Positions 36,451 through 48,289 of a DNA stretch of 64,000 nt are shown here, piece after piece. The position numbers and the translations under genes were made by a program. The DNA is taken from the NCBI RefSeq assembly GCF_032191835.1, contig NC_083227.1, forward strand, positions 26,908,001 through 26,972,000. Direction: 5' to 3'. This DNA comes from Heteronotia binoei. Its lineage: Eukaryota. Each line of letters starts with the position of its first letter. Within the stretch, counting starts at the first letter, position 1. The notes under the pieces are model-generated. The model worked only from the letters and a program-made list of their open reading frames with translations, was not told where the DNA came from and searched no databases.

Positions 36451-37679
36451 GATTTTTCTTCCGTTTGGAGCCTGGCTTTAACCTGCAATTGGGTTTATCG
36501 GTCCTCTCTGTTTTGTCCCTTTGCCCATGCAATCTTACGCGCTGACATTGGACTCACCCTGCGATGCAGGATTGTCTTAATGGGTGGTGCCCGGGAGACT
36601 GAGCCTTCCCTACAGGGCTTTAGTTCAGGGGTAGCCAAACTGCGGCTCGGGAGCCACATGTGGCTCTTTCACACATATTGTGTGGCTCGCAAAGCCCCCA
36701 CCGCCCTGTCAGCTAGCCTGGAGAAGGCATTGCTCTATATAAATCACTTCTCTGAGCCAAACCAGCCAAAGTCTTGGAGAATGCATTCAAAGTTGCTTTC
36801 TTTTCACCTCTCCCTCCCTCCCCATCCATTTGCTATCCTTCCTTCGTCTTGTGGGTCTCAGTTCATGTCATGCGGCTCTCAAATATCTGATGTTTATTCT
36901 ATGTGGCTTTTATGTTAAGCAAGTTTGGCCACCTCTAGTTCAAATGTCGGTTCTGCAGCCCACATGCACTTTGTAGGATAGTAATTTTAACATTGCTTTT
37001 AAAAAAATCCCCCCAAAATTATTTCTCTGAACTAATTATAAGCAAGCTGCTCTCAGCAGAACAAAAATTTGAGCCCAGTGGCACCTTTAAGACCAACAAA
37101 ATTTAATTCTGGGAATAAACTTTCATGTGCACGCACACTTCTTCAGAATTAAACTATGTTGGTCTTGTCCTTTGGTCTTGTCCAGAGGTTGTCCTTGAAA
37201 GGGCAGCTGCTGTGAGAGTCCTCTCAGCCCCACGCACCTCACAGGACAACTCTTGCCAGAGCAATGGCTGACCCAAGCCATTCCAGCAACTGCAAATGGG
37301 GGAGTGGGGAATCAAACCCGGTTCTCCCAGATAAGAGCCCACACACTTAACCACTACACCAAACTGGCTCTTTTAAAGGTGCCACTGGACTAAAATTTTG
37401 TTATATTGTCTCCTGGTCTGTCATTTCAAAAAAGGGGCACAGCACAATGTCCAGGTTGGTCAATCTAGAATAGATTCCTAGTAACATACCTTTTATTAGA
37501 ACACCCCCTGCCCCCTCAAATAGTAGTATGCTTTGTTGTTTTAGAAATATGTAATTTTTTTATTTGATGTGACCTGCCCTGAACCCATTTATGCAGGGCA
37601 GTATAGAAATGTGAGTAAATACACACATGCATGCATACATACATACATACTGCACATTGGCTCTGAATATCCCATCAGT

Positions 37680-37955
37680 GTAAGAACATAAGAGAAGCCA
37701 TGTTGGATCAGGCCAATGGCCCATCCAGTCCAACATTCTGTGTCACAAAGTGGGCAAAGAAACCAGGTGTCATCAGTCCACTAGTGAGGCCAGGACACTA
37801 GAAGCCCTCCCACTGTGCCCCCACCCCAAGCACAAAAAATACAGAGCATCACTGCCCCAGACAGTGATTTCCAACAATAAACTGTGGCTAAGAGTTACTG
37901 ATGGACCTCTGCTCCATATGCTTATCCAATCCCCTCTTGAAGCTGGCTATGCCTG
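37680..37955 (-). mobile_element. CR1 3' fragment; another at 38505-38620
   Basis: CR1 tail consensus. Confidence 0.8.
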
Positions 37956-39427
37956 TGTAAATACAGTGGAGATGCTCTCCAAAACAGCTCTGCTATACAG
38001 ATCCCAAGGCAGAGTGAAAAAATAGTAGGAAAACAGCCCTACTAATAGGCAGTCGTGCATTTGGCCGCCAACAGCTCGCCAAGAAAGGCAATGAGATTAC
38101 AGCATCTGGATCATATCTTTATTTACACTGATAAGCCTGTCAAAAAGAAGTCACATGGTGTGTGTGTTAAATCTACAGCCTGCATTCCCTTTACTTGAGA
38201 TGAATAGGCAAGATGGAAACTTTGGGAGTTGAATTAGGGATGCCAGCCTCCAGGTGGGACCTGGGGATCCTCTGGAATTACAGCTCCTCTCCGGTTCCCC
38301 TGGAGAAAATGGATGCTTTGGAGGGTGGAATCTGAGGCCTTGTACCACACTGAGGCCCCTGTTTTCCCCATTCTCCACCCCCAAATCTCCAGGAGTTTCC
38401 CAACCTGAATCTGGCAACCTTATGCCCCATCCCCTGCCAGTGACCAGGGGGGACCTGGCCAACTCTAAATGAGGAAGAATGAATTCTAGCCCCCTCCCCA
38501 ATCATAAGAACATAAGAGAAGCCATGTTGGAACAGGCCATCTAGTCCAACACTCTTGTGTCACACAGTGGCCAAAAAACCCAAGTGCCATCAGGAGGTCC
38601 ATCAGTGGGGCCAGAATATCCAAGCACAGAATATGTTTAAGAATCAGATGCATTTCTTCTCACAGGGGTTGCCAGCTCCAGGCTGGGCAATTCCTGGAGA
38701 TTCCTGGAGATTTGGGGGTGCAGCCTGGAAAAAGTGAAGTTTAAGGAGGAGAGAGATCCCAGGGGATATAACCAGGGCTTTTTTTGTAGTAGGGACTCCT
38801 TTGCATTTTAGGCCACATATCCCTGATGTAGCCAATCCTCCTGGAGCTTACAGTAGGCCCAGTATGAAGAGCCTTGCAGGTAGGATTGCCAAGTCCCTCA
38901 CATCCTCTGGCGGGGGACTGCAGTGCAATGACATCATCCGGAAGTGACTTCATCACACCGGCAATGTCACATGGTGACCGCTCTAGGCATTTCCAGGAAA
39001 ACACTACGATTTTCCCAGACGCTCTAGCCTTTTGGGAGGGGAAAACTCTATGGTACCTATTGTACCATAGAGTTTCCCTGGAAATGCCTAGAGTGGCTGC
39101 CAAGCAAAGTCACCAGCATGATGACATCATTGCGCCTGCGATGTCAGGGGAGGTTCCCCCTGCCGGCCCAATGTTGGCCGGTGGGTTGGGAACATCCTGG
39201 GTGGGGGAACACCCACCCGAACCAGGGGCTTGGCAGCCCTACCTGTAAGCTCTTGGAGGATTGGCTACATCAGAGGCCTGTGGACTAATATGCAGAGGAG
39301 TTCCTGCTACAATTAATGCAAAGCATACACTGTTCTGCTATGTGACTCCCCCCACTCCCAATTATATAGTAAAGAATGACTTGTTTAAAAAATCTCTCAA
39401 ACTCAGGGCCTCTGGATCCCATACAGA

Positions 39428-40287
39428 TTATTGGATGCTTAATGCGAACATTTCTATGTGGTTTTTTTCATGTTTCAAAAGATGCTTTTGATGATGGAAA
39501 CCTTTCCCACAGGCAGAACAGTGGTATGGTTTCTCTGTGTGGGTCCGGTGGTGTATGACCAAGGTCGCGTTGCGGGCAAAGCACTTCCCGCAGACAGAGC
39601 ACTTGTGCGGTCTCTCCCCAGAATGAGTCTTGCCATGTAAAATTAGGGACGACTTGCAAGCAAACCCCTTCCCGCACGTCGGGCATTCGTAAGGTTTTTC
39701 CCCGGTGTGGATTCTTTCGTGGACGACAAGGTGTGACTTCGAACTGAAGCACTTCCCACAGGTCGAACACTTAAAGGGTCTCTCCCCAGTGTGGATACGC
39801 TCGTGGATGATAAGGTGCGAATTACGACTGAAGCGCTTCCCACAGACAGAACACTCATAAGGGTTGTCTCCCGTGTGAGATCTCTCATGAACAACGCGGT
39901 GGTAGCTCTGAGTGAAGGTTTTCCCACAGAAAGAGCATTTGTATGGTTTCTCCCCCGTGTGGGTCCTTTTGTGCCTAGTAATCTCTGAATTACTGCTGAA
40001 ACTCTTCCCACAGATTGTGCATTCGAATGGAGTCCCTTCTGCGTGGTGATCTAGGAGGGTTTCACTGAGGGCTTTGTTGGTCCCACCAAGAATGGACTTG
40101 CTCATTCTTTTCTTTGGCCGCTTCCTTGTGCTATCTCTAGAGTGGCTTCCTTCCTGCTTCCTGGGAGCACACTGATTCTGAGAAGACTGTTCCTTCTTCT
40201 GGAAGACATTCTCTGTCATCTTTCTTTGGGAAGGCCCAACCAGTCTGACTTCCTCTGTGTCCATCATGGTTGCTTCCCCACAAACCG
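39428..40287 (-). CDS. Gene C terminal exon: 7 C2H2 zinc fingers
   Basis: 7 C2H2 units; acceptor ttccattccAG at 40288-40289, phase 1. Confidence 0.94.
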
Positions 40288-40307
40288 CTGGAATGGAAAA
40301 AGTAATC

Positions 40308-40888
40308 ATAAGAACATAAGAGAAACCATGTTGGATCAGGCCAATGGCCCATCCAGTCCAACACTCTGTGTCACACAGTGGCCAAAAAACAAAAAAAAAG
40401 GAGGTTCATAAGTGGGGCTAGAAGCCCTTCCACTTTGCCCCCCCCCCCAGCACCAAGAATACAGAGCATCACTGCCCCAGACAGTTCCAATAACATGCTG
40501 TGGCTAATAGCCACTGATGGACCCCTGCTCCATATTTTTATCCAATCCCCTTTTGAAGCTGGCTATGCTTGCAGCCGCCACCACCCCCTGTGGCAGTGAA
40601 TTCCACATGTTAATCACCCTTTGGGGGAAGAAGTCATTCCTTTTATCCGTTCTAACCCGACTGCTCAGAAATTTCCTTGAATGCCCACGAGTTCTTGTAT
40701 TGTGAGAAAGGGAGAAAGGGACTCCTTTCTCTACTTTCTCCATCCCATGCATAATCTTATAAACCTCTATCATGTCACCCTGCAGTTGACGTTTCTCCAA
40801 GCTAAAGAGCTCCAAGCATTTTAACCTTTCTTCATAGGGAAAATGTTCCAACCCTTTAATCATTCTAGTTGCCCTTTTCTGCACTTTT
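40308..40888 (-). mobile_element. CR1 3' end abutting the gene C ZNF acceptor
   Basis: ORF 40504-40893 is CR1 RT; tail ends ~20 nt from the AG. Confidence 0.9.
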
Positions 40889-41294
40889 CCCAATCAGAAA
40901 TGAAGGATGGCTGAGGCTGAGAATAGGCTCTCAACTCTGAGCTGGGAAATTCCTGGAAATTTAGGGGCAAAGCCTGGGGAGGGTGGAGTTTGAAGAGGGA
41001 GGGAGCTCGGATGTGGTGCCACAGATTCCTACCCTCCAAAACCGCCATTTTTTTGTCTCCGGGGGAACTGATCTATGTAGTCTGGATTGCTTGTAATTCT
41101 AGGAGATCTCCAGTTCCTCCCTGGAGGTTGGAAACCCTTGCTGGTGGCTCTCCAGGGTCTCAGGTGGAGGTTTTCACATCACCTACTAGCTGATCCTTGA
41201 ATTGGAGATGCTGGGGATTGAACCTGGGACCTTCTGCATACAAAGCAGATGCTCTACCACTGAGCCACAGCCCCTCCCATGACTTAGATTGTGC

Positions 41295-41470
41295 AGGATA
41301 GCCTGATACTGTCAAATCTTGGAAGCTAAGCAGGGCTTGCCCTGGTTAATACATGGATGGGAGAACACCAAGGAAATCCATGTGGAGCCAGGCAATGGCA
41401 AACCCCCCTCTGTTTGTCTTCTCCCTTGAAAAGCAAGGCGTCATCAAATCAACTGTGACTTGACATCACT
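41295..41470 (+). mobile_element. 5S-rRNA-derived SINE (5S-Sauria-like); second copy at 47040-47230
   Basis: GGAAGCTAAGCAGGG..CCTGGTTA.TAC.TGGATGGGAGA 5S internal-control-like head joined to a GGCAATGGCAAACC Sauria-type tail. Confidence 0.65.
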
Positions 41471-41531
41471 TTACACACACAAGAGATTTAAATGTTTCCC
41501 ATATCATCACCGGGGAGGAAGGGGTTCTTAC

Positions 41532-41658
41532 CCAAATACGCAACGTTTGTATAGTTCTCCTGCGTGACTTCCAAGTGTAGAGCTCTTTGGTCCTGATCCA
41601 GCAGGGCCCACTCCTCCTCAGTGAAGCACACAGCTACCTCCTCAAAGGTGACTCGCCC
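41532..41658 (-). CDS. Gene C KRAB-A exon ([43 protein letters not shown])
   Basis: hand translation gives a canonical KRAB-A box; 127 nt, ctctttcAG acceptor, G|GTAAGA donor, phase 0 to 1; too short for the ORF track. Confidence 0.93.
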
Positions 41659-43057
41659 CTGAAAGAGGAAAATTTCCTAATTTACAAAATGCAGAATCCA
41701 TTTTCTTTTAATGTTGCAGAAACTGCCGTGGGTAGGAAGAGAAAACTGGGTTGGTGACGGCATGGCTGCATTGCCAATTGGTGCTGGACACTGTGCTGCA
41801 AACAGGAAGAAGTTTCCACTGAGTGCCATTCTGGGGACATGATCGTACACCTGACTACAATATAGTTATTGAGCTTTTTTAGTGATAGGCCCTACACTCC
41901 TGACAAAAGACCAGAGTCTGCTTTTGAGCAATTAGTGTCTCGTTAAAGTTGCCAACTCCAGGTTGTGAACTTCCTGGAGATTTTGGAGGAAAAGCCTGGG
42001 AGGGCAGGGTTTGGGTAGGGGAGGGACCTTAGCGAGTTGTAGAGCCCACCTTCCAAAGCAGCCATTTTCATCAGGAAACTGAATCTGTCATCTAGAGATG
42101 AATTATAATTCCAGGCCTGACCTGTGAGTTGGCAACCCTAGTTCTAATGAATGTTTGGAGACAGGCAGGAGAGACACCAGAACTGACACTAAGAAACCTT
42201 CAGGTGGGTTGTCGTGTTGATCTGAAGCAACAGAACAAAGTTTGAATCCAGTGGCTCCTTTAAGACCAACGAAGTTTAATTCTGGGTATAAGCTTTTGTG
42301 TGCATGTACCTGAAAGCTTAGAATTAAACTCTGTTGGTCTTAAAGGTGCCACTGGACTCAAACGTTATTCTATCAAGAAACCTCAATTTCTTGCCTCGAG
42401 ACGGTGACAGCACACTGTAGATGAAACAACACAGTTGCCTTCTACAAAGCAAACCCAGGGCTTTTTTGAGCAGGAACGCAGTTCCTCCTGGCTTGGTGGT
42501 GGTGTGTGTGTTGCCTAATATACAAATGAACTCCTGCTGGGCTTTTTCTACCCCCCCCCCCCCAAAAAAGCCCTGAGCAGGGGTGGAATTCTAGCAGGAG
42601 CTCCTTTGCATATTAGGCCACACCTTCCTGATGTAGCCAATCCTCCAAGAGCTTACAAAAAAGAGCCTTGTAAGTTCTTGGAGGATTGGCTACATCAGGG
42701 AGCTCCTGCTAGAATTCCACCCCTGGCCCTGAGCAAGCCTATATACATATATGAACATATGAAGCTGCCTTCTACTGAATCAGACCCTCGTTCCATCAAA
42801 GTCAGTGTTGTCTACTCAGACTGGCAGCAGCTCTCCAGGGTCTCAAGCTGAGGTTTTTCACACCTATTTGCTTGGACCCTTTTTAGTTGGAGATGCCGGA
42901 GATTGAACCTGGGACCTTCTGCTTACCAAGCAGATGTTCTTCCACTGAGCCACCGCCCCTCCCTAAAGTCTATCAAGTTCTTTGTTCTCTTCTATTGGCA
43001 ATGTGTCTCAGAAGAAGGCAGAGAAAGGTGTCTCCTGACTTCTGCTGTCTGAGATAC

Positions 43058-43121
43058 CTTGACAGGGACTCTCTGGAAAGTTGAACCTGGAGATCTTCTG
43101 TCTGCAAGCCATGTTCTCTAC
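43058..43121 (-). CDS. Gene C candidate small linker exon (VENMACRQKISRFNFPESPCQ)
   Basis: AG/GT-bounded 64-nt open segment, phase 0 to 1; sequence-only prediction. Confidence 0.3.
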
Positions 43122-43767
43122 CTAGAATTGCTCTGGATGCAGGTTGGGGAATGCCTGGAGATTGGGGGATGGAGCCTGGGGAGGACAGGGATCTCAGTGG
43201 GGTGCAATGCATCCATTTTCTCCAGAGGAACTGATCTTTGCAGTCTGGATATGAACTGTAATTCCAGGACAGGGTGGCCAAAATTGTGGCTCGGGAGCCA
43301 TGTGTGGCTCTTTCACACACATTGTGTCACTCTCAAAGCCTCCACTGCCTTGTCAGCCAGCTTGGAGAAGGCATTTGTCTCTTTAAATCACTTCTCCAAG
43401 CCATGCTTGGTGGCTTGGAGAATGCATTTAAAGTTAAATTTGCTTTCTTTCCACCTCTCNNNNNNNNNNNNNNNNNNNNNNNNNNNNNNNNNNNNNNNNN
43501 NNNNNNNNNNNNNNNNNNNNNNNNNNNNNNNNNNNNNNNNNNNNNNNNNNNNNNNNNNNNNNNNNNNNNNNNNNNNNNNNNNNNNNNNNTGATGTTCATG
43601 TCTTACGGCTCTCAAATATCTGATGTTTATTCTATGTGGCTCTTATGTTGAGCAAGTTTGGCCACCCCTGTTCCAGAAGATCCATGGGTCCCACCTGGAG
43701 GTTGGCATCCCTAGCTCTATCCCTGAACTATGGCCCATCTTTACCCACAGGCTGCATTCAGCCTCAC

Positions 43768-44178
43768 CCGTTGCCCTAGAACCATCATGAAATCCTCTGC
43801 AGCGGCCACAGCTTGGGTGCAGGTTTCTGGCTCGTATTCCCTGACCCAGCTCTGCATTTCTCCTGGAAGGACCGCCAGGAAGTGCTCCAGGATCAACAGG
43901 TCCAAGATCTCCTCCTTGGTACATTCCTCGGGTTTCAGCCACGCGTGGCAGAGGTTACGGAGCTGGGCGTAAGCCGTCTGTGGCCCTTTGGCCTCATGGA
44001 AGCGGAACTGCCGGAAGCGCTGCCGTTGCATCTCTGTTTCAACAGCTGCCCTTGGGAGAACGGTGATGTCTACCGTTGTCTTTCCTGTGTTCAGACTGCC
44101 AGCATCTCCTATGACACAAGGGGGACATTCTGCCTGGCTCACACCCTTCTGTCCTGATGCTTTCTCATCCATCACCAT
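43768..44178 (-). CDS. Gene C SCAN exon (pre-SCAN capsid part largely lost); upstream ATG at 44310 is blocked by TGA at 44290-44292
   Basis: QRQRFRQFRFHEAKGP...LILEHFLAVLPGEMQSWV; donor CGG|GTGAGG; acceptor at 44319. Confidence 0.8.
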
Positions 44179-45811
44179 CCTGAGGTGCTGCCAATGGTCC
44201 AGAGCAGCCTGCAGCTGGTCTCCCAAGGTCACCAGTAGCTCCTTCTCTGCAGTTATCTCACCAACTTGGACTGCTCCCACCTTTCCTTCTCAGAGATGCT
44301 CCAAATCCATGCTGTTCTCTGTATAAGCGGGGGAAGTCAGGATGCCTCCAAAAGTTGCATCAACTGGCCCAGTGGCATATCATGCTAGCTGTGCCAATGA
44401 AGTGGGTCTGCAAGCATTCCCAGGAGATGCTTCTTGTGAGTAGCAGCTCCTCCCTGTGGGAGAGAGATGATAAGATTTAACATAAGGAAGGCAAAGATGG
44501 CACAGAGCAGGGGTGGCTGAACTGTGGTTTGGGAGCCACATGTGGCTCTCTCAGACCTATTGCGTGGCTCTCAAAGCTCCTACCACCACTTCATTGGCTG
44601 GCTTGGAGAAGAAGAAGATGAAGGAGATGAAGATTTTGATTTATATCCCGCCCTATACTCTGAATCTCAGAGCGGTCACAATCTCCTATACCTTCCACCC
44701 CCACAACAAACACCCTGTGAGGTAGGTGGGGCTAAGAGTGCTTTTACAGCAGCTGCCCTTTCAAGGACAGCTTCTATGAAAGCTATGGCTGACCCAAGGC
44801 CATCTTAGCAGGTGCAAGTGCAGGAGTGGGGAATCAAACCCGGTTCTCCCAGATAAGAGTCCACGCACTTAACCCCTATACCAAACTGGCTCTCATAGAA
44901 GGCATTAGTGTGTTTAAATCGCTTTTCCAAGCCAAGCCAGCTGGTGGCTTGGACAGTGCATTAAAAGTTAAAGTTTCTTTCTTTCCACCTTCCCCTCCCT
45001 CCCCCTTCCATTTGCCTTCCTTCCTTTCTTTCAGTTCTCAAACATCTGATGTTCATGGCTTGTGGTTCTCAGACATCTGTTATTTATTCTATGTGGCTCT
45101 TATGGTAAGCAAGTTTGGCCACACCTGGTACAGAGGTTCTCCTTCTTTGGAGGTTTTTAAACAGAGATTGTACAGAGGCTCTCCTTCCTTGGAGATTCTT
45201 AAACAGAGGCTAGATGGCCATCTAACAGCAAGGCTGATTCTGTGAACTTAGGCTGGTCATGGGAAGGGTTGCATCACTGCTTAGTTCTCATGGCCCTTTC
45301 TTACATGTCCACAGAAATGCTGGTCACCACTTTGGGGTCAGGAAGCCATTTTCTCCAGGCCAGTTTAGCCAGAGATCCTGGAGGGGTTGTGTTTTTTTTT
45401 TGCCATCTTCTGGGCATGGAACGGGTCACTGGGAGTGGGGGGGGGGGAAGGTATTTGTGACTTTCCTGCATTGTGCAAGGGGTTGGACTAGATTACCCTG
45501 GAGGTCCCTTCCAACTCTATGGTTCTATGAGATTTCCAGGTCAGTTGAGGAGCTGCTCCTTCCTCTCCCGAAGAGTGGTAAATGAAATAATTCCTAACAC
45601 CAAGGGTCTATTATGCAAGCATACAGATGTAGTACAATGCAGAAAAAGGAGACGTTTTTAATATACCTCCTGCCAACTCCAGACGGCGGAGGAGGTGACT
45701 CTGCATATTAACTCACTGCCCACTTTCTCTATACTTAGGACTGCTTGCCATTCCATCCTATTGTCTGATGAAAAAGGTGCAAGTTGACTCTTGCTTTGTT
45801 CTTTGAACAAC

Positions 45812-46995
45812 ATAAGAACATAAGAGAAGCCATGTTGGATCAGGCCAATGGCCTATCCAGTCCAACACTCTGTGTCACACAGTGGCCAAAAATGCCCCCA
45901 GGTGCAATCAAGGTCCAGTGGGACTAGAAGCCCTTCCACTGTGCCCCCCCCACAAGCACAAGAATACAAAGCATCACTGCCCCAGACAGAGAGTTCCAAC
46001 AATAAGCTGTGGCTAATAGCCACTGATGGACCTCTGCTCCTTATTTTTATCCAATCCTCTTGAAGCTGTCTATGCTTGTAGCTGCCACCACCTCCTGTGG
46101 CAGTGAATTCCATGTTAATCACCTTTTATTTTATTTTTTATTGAGAAATAGATAATAGATTTTCCTTCATACTTGGTATATTAAAAGTTATAGCGAATGT
46201 GCAGTATGGATGAAATATGTAATACAGAATATATATTAAGGATGAAACTATTGTGCAAAATGCCTTAAAATCCTAATGAAGGAGATATCAGGGAGAAGTG
46301 TATCTTTACTTTTTTGTTTAATGTATCTTGTAAGTATAATAACCTTTGATCAGCATGTGTTCCATAATCCCTATTTGACCTCTTTCTTTCCTTCTGTACC
46401 CCTTTTACATTATTTCATTTTAAAAATAAAAATATATTACAAAAAAAGAAATAATTCCCAACACCTATAAGAACATAAGAGAAGCCATGTTGGATCAGGC
46501 CAATGGCCCATCCAGTCCAACACTCTGTGTCACACGGTGGCCAAAAAACCCAGGTGCTATTAGGTCCACCAGTGGGGCCAGGACACTGTTGCCCTTTTCC
46601 AAGCACCAAGAATACAGAGTATTGCTGTGCTAGACAGAGAGTTCTTTCTATACCTTGTGGCTAATAACCACTGATGGACCTCTGCTTCAGATGTTTATCC
46701 AATCCCCTCTTGAAGCTATCTATGCTTGTACTGCCACCACCTCCTGTGGTAGTGAATTCCATGTGTTAATCACCCTTTGGGTGAAGTGCCCACGAGCTCT
46801 TGTATTGTGAGAAAGGGAGAAAAGTACTTCTTTCACTACCTTCTGTATCCCATGCATAATCTTGTAAACCTCTTTCATGTCACCCCTCAGTCGTCGTTTC
46901 TCCAGGCTAAGGAACCCTGAGTTCTTTAGGGAAAGAGTTTCAACCCTCTAGTTGCCCTTTTCTGCACTTTTTCCAATGCTCTAATATCTTTTTGG
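45812..46995 (-). mobile_element. two CR1 3' fragments (45812-46122, 46468-46995) flanking an AT-rich probable L1 3' end
   Basis: CR1 tails and RT remnants; A-rich end with AATAAA near 46425. Confidence 0.72.
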
Positions 46996-47859
46996 AGGAG
47001 TGGTGACCATTGATAGAATAATATTTTAGCCTGGAAGGCACAGGCTAGCCCAATCTTGTCAGATCCAGCAAGTTAAACAGGGTCACCTCTGGTTAGTACT
47101 TGGATGGGAGACCACAAAGGAAGTCCAGAGTTGCTACACAGAAGTGAGCATTGGCAAACCTCTTCTGAATGTCTACTGCCTTGAAAGCTCCATGAAAGGC
47201 CACCATAAACTTGCTGCAACTTGACAACCCTCCCCATTCCCAGCATAGTTTAGGGTTGCCAATCTCCAGGTGGCTTCTGGAAATCCCCAGGAATTGCAGT
47301 TAATCTTCTGTGTAAATAGCATTGCTAGGTCCACCCTGCAGGGGATGGGGCATAGGGTTGTAAGATCCAGGTCGGAACTCCTAGAGATTTGGGGATGGAA
47401 CCTGGAGAGGGCAGGGACCAGTGTTCCCTCTACACTGAGTTAGTGTGAGCTAGCTCACAGTTTTTTAGCCTCCACTGCACACACTTTTGTCTTAGCTCAG
47501 GAAGGATGGCCCCAGAGCAAACTAATTTAATCAGTATCCAAATGGCTCACTAACAACTTTAATGACGAAGTAGAATTTTTGCTCACTCATTATACTCCAT
47601 AGCTTAGAGGGAAGTATTTGCTGGGACCTCAGTGGGGTACAATGCTATAGAGTCCACTGTCCAAAGCATCTATTTCTCCAGAGGAACTGATTTCTGTAAG
47701 TCCGAGATGTGGGGTAATTCCTGGGGGTCCCCAGGTCCCACCTGGAGGCTGGCATTTTTTTGTGTCTCCTGAACCTACCGCTGATCAGCTTCATTAGATG
47801 CTGAGTTCTTGTCTTTTGGGAGAGAAAGAAAAAAAATTCTCTTTGTCAGCCCTCTGCCC

Positions 47860-48250
47860 CGCGCATAATTTTTATAAACCTCACTGCCTGTAGTGGTTTG
47901 ACTTGCAGAAACCCACAGGAAACTGTCTTATAGTGGCCAGACGGACCCTTGGTCTGGCACAGTCTCTGGCAGGGAACTCCCTGAAGCCTTCTTTAAAAAC
48001 CAGCAATATCCAAGATTGAACCTGGAACTTTCTGTGAATAATGCATCCCAAAAGCCTCTCTTTCCCTGGCCCCATAGTTCCGTGCCCAAATGCTCTTTTT
48101 CCTGCCAACTCACCTTTTCCAGCTGCCGGTTTCCCCGCTTTCCTTTTGGCTGTCTATTGTTAAATGGCGGCGCAGAGCCCGAAAGCGGTTCCGCGGCTGC
48201 CACCTACTGGCAGCTCAAGAGAAAAGCAAAAAGCTCCCGGCCAAAAATAC
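47860..48250 (-). promoter_or_regulatory. CpG island / probable first exon of gene C with a YY1-like motif
   Basis: CpG cluster; AAATGGCGGC at 48162-48171; perfect donor AG|GTGAGT at 48113. Confidence 0.65.
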
Positions 48251-48289
48251 TAATCACAATGCTTACAAAAGCTGAACAATTTACAGTTC

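Noticed and set aside
41295-41375. 5S rRNA gene (also 47040-47110)
   Set aside because: Partial and diverged, fused to a SINE tail
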